NCBI GenBank assembly: GCA_049324575.1
Contig: JBMONI010000020.1
Span: 1 to 56,878 of the forward strand
Reading direction: 5' to 3'
Origin: Candidatus Omnitrophota bacterium
Lineage (GTDB): Bacteria > Omnitrophota > Omnitrophia > Omnitrophales > Aquincolibacteriaceae
DNA length: 56,878 nt
In this document: positions 1 through 8,700 of the stretch, piece after piece
Numbering within the stretch: the first letter of the stretch is position 1
Layout: the number at the start of each line of letters is the position of its first letter
Made by a program: the position numbers and the translations under genes
The notes under the pieces: model-generated
The model's input: the letters and a program-made list of their open reading frames with translations, nothing else
What the model was told of the DNA's origin: nothing
Databases searched by the model: none

Positions 1-510
1 CGAAGCGGACACGGCAGGAAGGGACGGGGGTTCACTCTGCTTGAGCTTGCGATCATCATGGTCATTCTCGGGATCCTGGCGCTTGTCGTGATGCCTCAGA
101 TCGTCGGAGCGATCCAAAGCCTGCGTTTGAATAACGCCGCCAATAAATTCGCTGCCGATGTAAGGTATATCCGGGATATTGCGCTTCAGTGGCATGATAC
201 TTACGGGGTCGAGATCAACGCGAGTACGGAGACCTACAGTTTTTTTCGCTGGACGGGATCCTCCAAACAGAATGTTCTGGATCCTTATAAAAATCAGCCC
301 ATGACCTATCAGATCTCAACGGCGATGGAATCTTCCGGCGTCGAGATCGCTTCATCTACTTTAACCGAGGTCCGGTTCGATGCTTTCGGGACCCCCCGTG
401 ATCTGAATGGGACCGCTCTAAGCGGCCCCGCGACCGTGGTCTTGCAGATCGGAGCCTTGAGCCGAACGGTCCGGATCACGCATCAGACGGGTTTTGTGGA
501 GATCGTTTGA
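1..510 (+). CDS. Type IV minor pilin / GspH-FimT-like pseudopilin, 5'-truncated by the window
   Basis: Frame 1 is open from base 1 and reads RKGRG|FTLLELAIIMVILGILA (class III signal, G|FxxxE at 28-48), upstream of the track's Met at 58. C-terminus has GspH-like 'VRFDAFGTP...RTVRI'. Confidence 0.85.
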   Translation, partial: RSGHGRKGRGFTLLELAIIMVILGILALVVMPQIVGAIQSLRLNNAANKFAADVRYIRDIALQWHDTYGVEINASTETYSFFRWTGSSKQNVLDPYKNQPMTYQISTAMESSGVEIASSTLTEVRFDAFGTPRDLNGTALSGPATVVLQIGALSRTVRITHQTGFVEIV

Positions 511-580
511 AGATCGGGCGGGGGGGGATAACTTCGTCAAAAGAACTGAGGCTGTTTGGCCGTAATATAGGCGGGAGACT

Positions 581-2194
581 GTGTCAACACGGGACGATAA
601 GATGCCCATAGAACCCGAGAAACCTCAAAAGCCTGAAGCTGCGGCAGCCGGCGATGACGAGATCGTTCTGGAAAGTTCCAAGAAACCGTTGCTTGATATT
701 TCCAAATATTCGATCGCGCCTGATATCTTGAAGCTCCTTTCCAAGGCCGATGCCGTCCGGTTGTGCACGCTCCCTCTCTATCTGAACGGGCAGGTCCTGT
801 TCGTGGCGATGGCCGATCCCCAGGATATCACCGCGATCGATGAAGTGAGGCGGATCGCGAAGATCCACGCGATCATTCCCATGTTCGCTCCCAAGCAGGA
901 TATCCTGGCCGCGCTGGACCGGCATTACGGCCTCCAGGAGAAGGTCCAGGACATCGTCCATGAGATCCAAAAAGAAAGGCTCGAGCAGATCACCGAAACG
1001 GAAGAAAGGGTCGCCGGCGAGACGCAGAGCCTTTCGGACCAGGCGCCGGTCATCAAGCTCGTCAATCACATCATCCAGCGCGCGGTGCAGGACCGTTGCA
1101 GTGATATCCATATCGAACCCGACGAAAAACTGCTGAGGGTCCGATGCCGTCAGGACGGTGTGTTGAAGGAGAATTATGTCTTTCAGAAAGCGATGGAGAA
1201 TTCGATCCTGGCCCGGGTGAAGATCGCTTCCGGGATGGACATTGCGGAAAAACGCAAGCCCCAGGATGGGCGCATCCGGTTCAAGCTTGAAAGCAAACAG
1301 ATCGATGTCCGTGTTTCTTCGCTCCCGACCATGTACGGCGAGAACATCGTCCTGCGTATCCTCGACAAGACCGCGGTTCGCATGGACCTTTCCAGCCTCG
1401 GGATGGAGCCGGAAACGCTCAAGCGTTTTGAGAAGATCATCCGTCATCCGCACGGCATTATTCTGGTCACGGGGCCGACCGGGAGCGGTAAATCGACGAC
1501 CTTGTATGCTGCTTTGTCGGCGATCAATAGCGTGGAAAAGAACATTGTGACCGTCGAAGATCCGATCGAATACAACCTGGACCTGATCCGCCAGACGCAG
1601 GTAAACCCGAAAGTGGGGCTGACCTTCGCGAGCGGGCTCCGGAGTATTTTGCGGCAGGACCCCGATGTGGTCATGGTCGGAGAGATCCGGGATACGGAGA
1701 CGGCCGAGATCGCCTGCCAGGCGGCTCTGACCGGACACCTCGTTTTCTCGACGCTCCACACGAATACCGCCTGCGGCGCCGTCACGCGTCTTGCCGATAT
1801 GGGGATCCAGCCGTTTTTGATCGGGAGTTCCGTGATCGGGATCTTGGCCCAACGGCTTGTGCGGAAGGTCTGTCAGAATTGTAAAGAGCCGGTCAAAGTT
1901 CCCGCCAATTTTCTCGAAGAGCTCGAGATCCAAGACCCCAAAGCCGTTTTTTACAGGGGGAAGGGTTGTGATCAATGCCAGAATTCCGGCTACGCGGGGC
2001 GGACCAGCATTCATGAATTCGTCATTATCAGCGACAAGATCCGGGAGATGATCGTGGCCCGGGTGAGTGAGGCCGAGATCGAGGCGCAGGGCAAAAAGGA
2101 AGGCATGAAGACTTTGCGGGATTCGGGCCTTGCCCGGGCGCTCGAAGGACTGACGACACTTGAAGAAGTCCTTAAAGTGAGCGTGCGGGGATAA
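581..2194 (+). CDS. pilB: Type IV pilus/T2SS assembly ATPase (PilB/GspE/MshE family)
   Basis: Walker A GPTGSGKST, TVEDPIE, LRQDPDVVMVGEIRD, tetracysteine CQNC...CDQC, SDIHIEP. Confidence 0.95.
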   Translation: MSTRDDKMPIEPEKPQKPEAAAAGDDEIVLESSKKPLLDISKYSIAPDILKLLSKADAVRLCTLPLYLNGQVLFVAMADPQDITAIDEVRRIAKIHAIIPMFAPKQDILAALDRHYGLQEKVQDIVHEIQKERLEQITETEERVAGETQSLSDQAPVIKLVNHIIQRAVQDRCSDIHIEPDEKLLRVRCRQDGVLKENYVFQKAMENSILARVKIASGMDIAEKRKPQDGRIRFKLESKQIDVRVSSLPTMYGENIVLRILDKTAVRMDLSSLGMEPETLKRFEKIIRHPHGIILVTGPTGSGKSTTLYAALSAINSVEKNIVTVEDPIEYNLDLIRQTQVNPKVGLTFASGLRSILRQDPDVVMVGEIRDTETAEIACQAALTGHLVFSTLHTNTACGAVTRLADMGIQPFLIGSSVIGILAQRLVRKVCQNCKEPVKVPANFLEELEIQDPKAVFYRGKGCDQCQNSGYAGRTSIHEFVIISDKIREMIVARVSEAEIEAQGKKEGMKTLRDSGLARALEGLTTLEEVLKVSVRG

Positions 2195-2206
2195 CGGGGG
2201 AAGGCT

Positions 2207-3430
2207 ATGGCAAAATTCGCTTATCGCATCCAGGATCCGCAGCACCAGGTGCTTGAAGGGGTGATGGAAGCGGCTTCCGAGGGGCATGCGCGCCGCTTTT
2301 TGCTTGAGCAGAAATACCAGGTGCTTTCTCTGAAGCGCACGCGCGATTCGATCTCGCTCGACAAATTTCTTGCTGCTTTCGATACGGTCAATCAGGTTCA
2401 ATTCAATTTCTTTGTGCGTCAGCTTTCAGTCATGCTGAAGGCGGGGGTGCCGATGCTGCCGAGCCTTGCGACCCTAAGCGACGGGCTTCGCGATAAGGTG
2501 CTGAAGCGGATCGTAATGGCCGTTTATGCGGACGTCGAGAAAGGGAGCAGCTTTTCGGAGGCGATCGGACGGCATCCGAAGGCGTTTAACGCGCTTTTCC
2601 GCGCGACGGTTCGTTCCGGCGAAGCGATCGGCGAACTGGACGGCGTCCTCGGGCGATTGGCGGATATCCTGGAGCGCGATTATCAGACCACGACCAAGAT
2701 TAAAGCCGCCCTCCGTTATCCGTTATTCGCTTTGGCGACGATGCTGGCCGCCTTTCTTGCGGCGACGCTGTTCATCATTCCCCGTTTCAAGGACCTGTTC
2801 TCGTCTTTCGGCGCGAACCTTCCGCTGCCGACCTTGATCCTGATGACGACCAGCGATCTTTTGCGGGCCTACTGGTATGTGGCGCTTGGAGCGCTGATCG
2901 CAGGGATCATCGGGATCGCTTTGCATTACCGTACCCGTTCAGGCCGCCGGTTCTGGGACAGGATCTTCTTCTATTTCCCGGTCTTCGGCGTTTTTATCCA
3001 GGATGCGGTCTATTCCCGTTTTGCGCGTATGCTCGGGATGATGCTCAAAAGCGGGGTGAATGTGCTTCAGGCGCTCGAGCTGATCGCCGAGATCGTCGGC
3101 AATGCGATGGTCGAGGATTCGATCCTCAGGATCAAGGACCGCGTGGCGCAGGGGGACGCGATCGCCGAACAAATGAAGGCGGAGAAGATCTTTCCTCTCC
3201 TCCTGACCCAGATCGTCAAAGTGGGGGAGGAATCCGGCAAGGTCGACGATCTGCTTCTGCATATCGCCGAATTCTTCGACGCGGAGCTTGAGATCCGCAC
3301 GAAAAATATCGAATCCATGATCGAGCCGATCTTCATTTTCATTTTGGGCGGATTTGTACTGATCATGGCCCTCGGGATCTTCCTTCCGATGTGGAATCTC
3401 TTCGGCCTTATGAGCAGTTCGGTCCGATAA
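2207..3430 (+). CDS. pilC: Inner-membrane platform protein (PilC/GspF/MshG)
   Basis: Duplicated GspF domains (FFVRQLSVMLKAGVP; RFARMLGMMLKSGV), GEESGKVD, IEPIFI, C-terminal IFLPMWNL. Confidence 0.95.
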   Translation: MAKFAYRIQDPQHQVLEGVMEAASEGHARRFLLEQKYQVLSLKRTRDSISLDKFLAAFDTVNQVQFNFFVRQLSVMLKAGVPMLPSLATLSDGLRDKVLKRIVMAVYADVEKGSSFSEAIGRHPKAFNALFRATVRSGEAIGELDGVLGRLADILERDYQTTTKIKAALRYPLFALATMLAAFLAATLFIIPRFKDLFSSFGANLPLPTLILMTTSDLLRAYWYVALGALIAGIIGIALHYRTRSGRRFWDRIFFYFPVFGVFIQDAVYSRFARMLGMMLKSGVNVLQALELIAEIVGNAMVEDSILRIKDRVAQGDAIAEQMKAEKIFPLLLTQIVKVGEESGKVDDLLLHIAEFFDAELEIRTKNIESMIEPIFIFILGGFVLIMALGIFLPMWNLFGLMSSSVR

Positions 3431-3617
3431 AGTGCGCCATCCTCCTTGTCTCCATTCTTTTTTCTTTGGATCGGACCCCTTTCGGAGATTTTTAAAAGCA
3501 AACGCAGATAAAAACAGATCATAAAAAAATTTAAAAACTAATAAAGGAATTCTAGGCGCCGTCGATAATCCATAGAGATAATGCTTGGGTGAGGTTTGTT
3601 TATAGGTTAGATGGTGC

Positions 3618-3647
3618 TTGCCGAAGCGTTGCGTTGTGTGATATAAT
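3618..3647 (+). promoter_or_regulatory. Putative sigma70 promoter of the major pilin gene
   Basis: TTGCCG (3618-3623), 18-nt spacer, extended -10 TGaTATAAT (3639-3647) in an AT-rich intergenic region; SD AAGGAGG at 3673-3679. Confidence 0.55.
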
Positions 3648-3687
3648 TAAGCCGAGTACAAGGAAGTTAAACAAGGAGGTTTTTATC

Positions 3688-4110
3688 ATGTCAAAAATAA
3701 CCTTGATCAGGAAAGCTAAAGGCTTCACCCTGATCGAAATCGTGATCGTGATGGTCATTCTTGGTATTTTGGCCATCGTGGCAATTCCGAAGTTCGTGGA
3801 TCTGACGACCGATGCCAAGATCGCCGCGACGAAGGCGACCTTGGGCAGTGTTCGTTCAGTTCTGGCAGTGACATATGCAAGCAACGCCGCGGCGGGTAAT
3901 GCAGCTTTTCCGACGACCGATCTTACGGTCGGTGATTTCGCGGACGGCAAATTACCGGTGAATAAACTCACCGGCAATGATGGTGCCAAAGCTGTTGCTG
4001 CAGCCCCGGCGGGAACTGCTACGGACGCTGCGGATGGTTTCTGGTTCGTGACGACGACCGGTGTTGCCGGCGCGTATTCGGACGGAACCGAAGATACGTC
4101 GACTTGGTAA
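3688..4110 (+). CDS. Major type IV pilin, MshA-like (140 aa from ATG 3688)
   Basis: Strong SD then MSKITLIRKAKG|FTLIEIVIVMVILGILAIVAIPKFVDL; own promoter and terminator. The track's 3589 start is upstream of the promoter. Confidence 0.9.
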   Translation: MSKITLIRKAKGFTLIEIVIVMVILGILAIVAIPKFVDLTTDAKIAATKATLGSVRSVLAVTYASNAAAGNAAFPTTDLTVGDFADGKLPVNKLTGNDGAKAVAAAPAGTATDAADGFWFVTTTGVAGAYSDGTEDTSTW

Positions 4111-4136
4111 TTGGCAGTTCGTTTTCGCAGTCCAAG

Positions 4137-4174
4137 AACGGGGAGATCGTTCCGATCTCCCCGTTTTTGTTTTT
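4137..4174 (+). terminator. Rho-independent terminator after the pilin
   Basis: AACGGGGAGATCG-TTC-CGATCTCCCCGTT stem followed by a T-rich tract. Confidence 0.85.
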
Positions 4175-4231
4175 AAGTTTATCCCCGAAAAACACGATGA
4201 TTCTAAGAGCGCTTTAACCGTCTAGGCATGG

Positions 4232-5968
4232 ATGACCATGAAGGTCCAAGCGGATCTCACGACCTCAGAAAAAAAGTTCAAAGGCACACGGACCCTGGGC
4301 TTGGGGATCGACCCTGGGACGGAGGCCTGGCGTTATGTCCTGACCGATCTTGCGGCAATGCAGGTGCTTCAATGGGGCGAATGTCCAATGAAGGTTTCGC
4401 CCCAAGAAAAAGACAAATTCGTCCGCCAATGGCTGCGTTCTCTTTCCAAGGAAGTTCCGAAACGCCGTCTTCATTCGATCAGCGTCAATATCCAGGGACA
4501 ATCGGTCCTTCTCGGTAAGATCCAGGTTACAAAAGCTTCGCCCGCGGATCAGGAGAACCTTATCGCGGGCGCCCTTGCGGGACAGGTCCCTTTCCCCGCT
4601 GCGAATATGGTCTACTTTTGCCGCGAATATGCGCCGGGGGAGATCAAGCCGGCCGGGGGGGCGCCGGCCGCGGACCCATTATTCCTTCATTATGCCGTGA
4701 CCCAAAGGAATGCCTTGACTTCGATCGTCGAACCGGTCGTGGAGCATTTTCAAATGGTCCCGGATGTGACGGTTCAGGGCTATGCTTTTGAAAGCCTGCT
4801 TCAGACCCTGGGGCTTTCGGAAGAAGGGAAAACCCAAGCGATCGTCAATATCGGGCGGGGGATCACTTCGATCTGCCTCTTCAAATCCGGAAAGCTCCTG
4901 CTCCAACGGGATGTCCCGCTCGCAAGCCAGGACATGACGCGTTCCATCATGATCATGCACCGGGATCCGGCGAACCCCGAGAACATGCTGACCCTTGATA
5001 AGGCCGATGAGATCAAAAAAAGGCTCGATGTGACGCCGGGCCGTGAAATGCTGATTGCGGCCTCAGCGGATGCGGCCGAGATCATGGACCTCTCGGCGCT
5101 CGACGGCAAGAAAGTCTTTCAGTCGGTCCAGGGAGTCCTCTCGGCCTGGATCCAGGACCTCAAACTGACCTTCAGCTATTTTCACCAGAATTTCGAAGCC
5201 GAAAAAGTGACCCAAGTCTATCTCGCAGGGGGAGGGTCTAATCTCAAGAGTTTCCCGGCCTATCTTTCGCAGCAATTGAACGTGCCGGTCGAATACCTGG
5301 CGCATCGCGAAGGACAAGGGACCCTGACCTTGGCGGATGCTTCGGCGGCTCCGGGCCTGCGTTCCGAGTTCCATGCCTACGCGGCCTCTCTCGCTTTATC
5401 CATCAAGCCGGAAGGGTACGCCAGCTTGGGGATCAAACAGCCGGCTCCGAAAAATCTCCAGAAGATCTTTTTTTCAGCGGGCCGTATCGCCGCGGTGCTT
5501 CTGTCGGCGGTCCTGATCACCTGGGCGGTCTTTGTCCAGATCCAGCAATATTCGCTCGGCGATGTCTTCAAAGCGGTCAGCGGGCATCATGATTTCCTGA
5601 AGAAGATCGAATCGCCCTATCTGGAGTTGATGGAATGGCGGAACTTCCAGAAGGAGATCGACAGCACCTTTTATAAGACCTCCGAGATCTTGCAGGGCCT
5701 GAGCAAGACCCTTTCCAAAAAGATCCTGGTCTCCAAGATCGATATCCACCGCGCCGACGAGCGGGTGGTCGTGGAAGGGACCCTTGTGGGGAACGCCAAA
5801 ATGCGGGCGATCGAGGCCTCCGAATTCGCGCGCCTTCTTCGGGCGAGCGAGATGTTCGTTTCGGTCGGGTTCCCCCGTCTGAATGCGACCCCGGCCGGCG
5901 CGGAAGAGGGGACATTCTCGATCGAGGCGAAGATCAAAAAGATCGTCCGAACGGAGAAAGCGGTATGA
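4232..5968 (+). CDS. PilM (actin-like) plus PilN fusion, MshI-like alignment protein
   Basis: PilM motifs LGIDPG, VNIGRGITSI and VYLAGGGSNLK, then one TM helix (RIAAVLLSAVLITWAVFV) and a PilN-like periplasmic domain (VVVEG...SEMFVSV...FSIEAKI). Confidence 0.75.
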   Translation: MTMKVQADLTTSEKKFKGTRTLGLGIDPGTEAWRYVLTDLAAMQVLQWGECPMKVSPQEKDKFVRQWLRSLSKEVPKRRLHSISVNIQGQSVLLGKIQVTKASPADQENLIAGALAGQVPFPAANMVYFCREYAPGEIKPAGGAPAADPLFLHYAVTQRNALTSIVEPVVEHFQMVPDVTVQGYAFESLLQTLGLSEEGKTQAIVNIGRGITSICLFKSGKLLLQRDVPLASQDMTRSIMIMHRDPANPENMLTLDKADEIKKRLDVTPGREMLIAASADAAEIMDLSALDGKKVFQSVQGVLSAWIQDLKLTFSYFHQNFEAEKVTQVYLAGGGSNLKSFPAYLSQQLNVPVEYLAHREGQGTLTLADASAAPGLRSEFHAYAASLALSIKPEGYASLGIKQPAPKNLQKIFFSAGRIAAVLLSAVLITWAVFVQIQQYSLGDVFKAVSGHHDFLKKIESPYLELMEWRNFQKEIDSTFYKTSEILQGLSKTLSKKILVSKIDIHRADERVVVEGTLVGNAKMRAIEASEFARLLRASEMFVSVGFPRLNATPAGAEEGTFSIEAKIKKIVRTEKAV

Positions 5969-6576
5969 ACCTCGCATCGTTACCTCCGATCACGAGATCT
6001 TTCGCGATCCGGGCCGGGATCCTGGGCGGGGTCGCTTTGCTGCTCTGTGTTTTTTGGATCTTCCCGCATCTGATGAAGGTCCGGGAACTCCGCAAAGAAG
6101 TGGATGGGCTGTATCTCGAGAATCAGAAGATCCAGGAATCGGTTCTGCTCGAAAAGAATTCGACCCAAAAACTGGAGGAAATCGAGCGCGAATTGAGACA
6201 ATACGAGGCTTCGGTTCCTACGCCGGCGAAGCTTTCCGCGATCATCAATCAGGTCGGAAGCCAAGCCCAGGCCTACAAGCTGGAACTGGTCTCGATCAAT
6301 CAGACACAGAATATCCCCTATATGAAAGTCTATCCGAAATCGATCCAGGCGAAGGGGGATGCCCTGTTCCTGACGGTCCTCAGCCTGGAGGTCGAAGGAA
6401 GTTTTTCGAAATTAGGCCAATATGTGGCCAGCTTGGAAAAGATCCCGTATCTGATCGTTCAGCGAATGCATTTGCAGCGCAAGGGGGAAGAGACCGCGAA
6501 GGCTTTCAATCTTCGGGCTTCTCTCGAGCTGGGTATCCTGATGCGTTTTCCCAAAGAAGAAATGAACTCCGTTTGA
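5965..6576 (+). CDS. pilO: PilO/MshJ-like protein
   Basis: N-terminal TM, coiled coil, 'LEVEGSFSKLGQYVASLEKIPYLI' ferredoxin-like PilO pattern; overlaps the pilM/N stop. Confidence 0.75.
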   Translation: MNLASLPPITRSFAIRAGILGGVALLLCVFWIFPHLMKVRELRKEVDGLYLENQKIQESVLLEKNSTQKLEEIERELRQYEASVPTPAKLSAIINQVGSQAQAYKLELVSINQTQNIPYMKVYPKSIQAKGDALFLTVLSLEVEGSFSKLGQYVASLEKIPYLIVQRMHLQRKGEETAKAFNLRASLELGILMRFPKEEMNSV

Positions 6577-6597
6577 ACGGAAAAAGGAAGGTGGACT

Positions 6598-7137
6598 ATG
6601 GTCGATGATCCGAAGATCTTGTTATCCAAGAAAGTGGAAGGCTCCAAAGGCAATCCGAAGGCCATGATCCAGATCGTGGTGCTGGCGGTCTTGGGCCTGG
6701 TGCTTGCGGTCCTGCTCTTTAATACTTTTCTGGGAGGGAAGAAAAAAGCCCCGCCTCCGGCGGTGCCCGCTGCGGCGGTCCCCGCGCCTGCGGCGGCTGC
6801 GCCTCCTGCGGCTCCCCAGGCGGTGTCGGCTCCTGCGGCCGCTCAAGACACCGCGAAAACGGTCCCTGCTGTTCCGGGAGTCCCCGCCAGCGGTAATGAA
6901 TGGGGTGCCGACGCCTTTCTTTTTGGGGAGGAGGATGAGGAGGATGCTGGAGCGGACGATACGGGTCGGCTGGAGCTCCAGGGCATTGTTTTCTCTTCTG
7001 AAAATCCCTATGCGATTATCGACGGAAAAATCGTTAAAAAGGGTGATGCGATAGCCGATAATAAGATCGTAGAGATATCTCAGGATGCCGTGGTCCTGGA
7101 GGATGGCCAGGGGGAACGCCAGACGCTGAAAAGCTAG
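6598..7137 (+). CDS. PilP/MshK/GspC-like bitopic protein
   Basis: TM, Pro/Ala-rich linker, C-terminal 'LELQGIVFS..PYAIIDGKIVKKGDAI..KIVEISQDAVVL' beta domain. Confidence 0.65.
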   Translation: MVDDPKILLSKKVEGSKGNPKAMIQIVVLAVLGLVLAVLLFNTFLGGKKKAPPPAVPAAAVPAPAAAAPPAAPQAVSAPAAAQDTAKTVPAVPGVPASGNEWGADAFLFGEEDEEDAGADDTGRLELQGIVFSSENPYAIIDGKIVKKGDAIADNKIVEISQDAVVLEDGQGERQTLKS

Positions 7138-7195
7138 CGCGGGGCGGGCCGGCCGGAGATCCTCGGATCTTAACTTGTAGGATCGGCTTGAACGT

Positions 7196-8131
7196 GTGAC
7201 TTTGGATACTCTGACCGAATCGATCGAAAAACCCGCTGAGGTGCTTCTGGACTCTTTCCAGGGCACCGATCGTTTTGTTACCTTGTTCCACGAGTTTTTT
7301 GGGTTCAAAGAGAATCCCTTTGCGAATACTCCCGATCCTTCGTTCTTCTACCTGAGCCCCAGGCATAAAGAAGCGCTTACGAATCTTGCGTTCGGGGTGC
7401 GTCAGCGTCGTGGTTTTATCGTGATCACCGGCGAGGTCGGTTCTGGCAAAACGACCCTTTGCCGTTATTTTCTCCGTTTTCTTCCGCCTGAAATGAAAAC
7501 GGCGGTGGTCCTGAACCCGATGATCTCGAGTTCTCATTTGCTTGCTTCGATCGCGGCCGATTTCGGGATCCCGGAGCCCGGCCGCAGCAAACGGGTGATC
7601 TATAGATCCCTTTTGAAATTCCTCCTCGAGGGGATCGAGCGCCAGCAGAACGCGTGCTTGGTGATCGACGAGGCCCAATGCCTGAGCCGGGACCTCCTGG
7701 AAGAGATCCGTCTTCTTTCGAATCTCGAGACCTCGAAACAAAAATTATTGCAGATCGTCCTGATGGGGCAACCGGAATTCCAGGGCCGGCTTCGCCAGAC
7801 CGGATTGAGACAGCTGCGCGAGCGGATCAGTATCTACATGCATTTGGACGGGCTCGGCATGGAGGAGGTCGGACCCTATATCCGCCACCGGCTCGAAATG
7901 GGGAGCGTCGGTCCGGTCACGGTCCGTTTTCAGGAGGAGGTCATCGAAAAGATCGCGCGTATGAGCCGCGGGATCCCCCGTTTGATCAATACGATCTGCG
8001 ACCGGATCCTGATGGCGGCCTTCGCGGCCGGGGAACGGGAGATCTCGATGGCGCTTGCGGCCGGAGCTTTCCAGGAAATGAACTTTATCTGCGGCGGGGA
8101 GAAGAAACCGCGGGAGGAAAGACCCACATGA
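7196..8131 (+). CDS. ExeA/GspA/MshM-family AAA ATPase
   Basis: FGFKENPFANTPDPSFFY, Walker A GEVGSGKT, Walker B LVIDEAQ, GQPE, GIPRLINTICD; no peptidoglycan-binding tail. Confidence 0.9.
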   Translation: MTLDTLTESIEKPAEVLLDSFQGTDRFVTLFHEFFGFKENPFANTPDPSFFYLSPRHKEALTNLAFGVRQRRGFIVITGEVGSGKTTLCRYFLRFLPPEMKTAVVLNPMISSSHLLASIAADFGIPEPGRSKRVIYRSLLKFLLEGIERQQNACLVIDEAQCLSRDLLEEIRLLSNLETSKQKLLQIVLMGQPEFQGRLRQTGLRQLRERISIYMHLDGLGMEEVGPYIRHRLEMGSVGPVTVRFQEEVIEKIARMSRGIPRLINTICDRILMAAFAAGEREISMALAAGAFQEMNFICGGEKKPREERPT

Positions 8132-8700
8132 GCCTGATCATGGATGTCCTTAACCGGACCAAAACCTCCTCAAATCAGACGATTTCGCCGGGGGTAAGAC
8201 CGCCGGTCCAGAACATCCCGGAGACAGAGACCCGTACGGTGACCCCGGAACAGAGCCGTCCGGAGATCTTTCCTGGGGAAAGCGGAGGAGAGATCGCGGC
8301 CTATGCGAATGTCTTTGTGGTGGGGGCCGAAGCCCCGGCGGGTTCGGGGCCGTCGTTTTTCCGTCTCATGTTTTATATTTTCCCGGCCGTATTCTTAATA
8401 GGCGCGCTCAGTTACGGATGGATGAGAACGCGGCCCGAAGTGCCGGAGACATCGCCGAAGGCGGCGGCATCGCTGGCCGCTTTTTCTTCGGCTATCTTTG
8501 CGAGCGCAGAAAAGAAGCCGGCGCGCTCTATGCTGGAAGGGACCTTTGTCGGAAGCGGCGGGGCTTATTGTATCCTGGAAGGCGATATTTACCGCGTCGG
8601 GGATGTCTGGAAGAAAGCGAAGCTTGTTTCGATCGAGGCGGGGCGGGTAAAGCTTCAAAAACCGAATGGCAGTGAAGTGGAACTGAGGACCGATCCATGA
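8128..8700 (+). CDS. ExeB/GspB-like bitopic protein (real start at ATG 8128)
   Basis: MSLIMDVLNR resembles the GspB-type N-terminus; single TM (IFPAVFLIGALSYGW); C-terminal LEG..VG..AY.IL.G.IY.VGD beta domain; coupled to the ExeA stop. Confidence 0.55.
   Translation: MSLIMDVLNRTKTSSNQTISPGVRPPVQNIPETETRTVTPEQSRPEIFPGESGGEIAAYANVFVVGAEAPAGSGPSFFRLMFYIFPAVFLIGALSYGWMRTRPEVPETSPKAAASLAAFSSAIFASAEKKPARSMLEGTFVGSGGAYCILEGDIYRVGDVWKKAKLVSIEAGRVKLQKPNGSEVELRTDP

Noticed and set aside
584-2401. 605-aa antisense ORF over pilB, and similar long antisense ORFs (e.g. 13901-13494, 24968-23697, 27332-26190, 39715-38507, 53397-52099, 56804-55983)
   Set aside because: They are mirror-frame shadows of well-supported genes in a GC-rich, codon-biased genome, with no recognisable motifs.
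6760-6850. GCGGCT/CCTGCG low-complexity repeats
   Set aside because: Explained by the Pro/Ala linker of the PilP-like protein.
7654-8127. N-terminal extension of the 348-aa ORF, and similar extensions at 3589, 13224, 15272, 17805, 19291, 25171, 26124, 38285, 40816, 51330
   Set aside because: They overlap the upstream gene or promoter in another frame; better starts with SD or stop-start coupling lie downstream.
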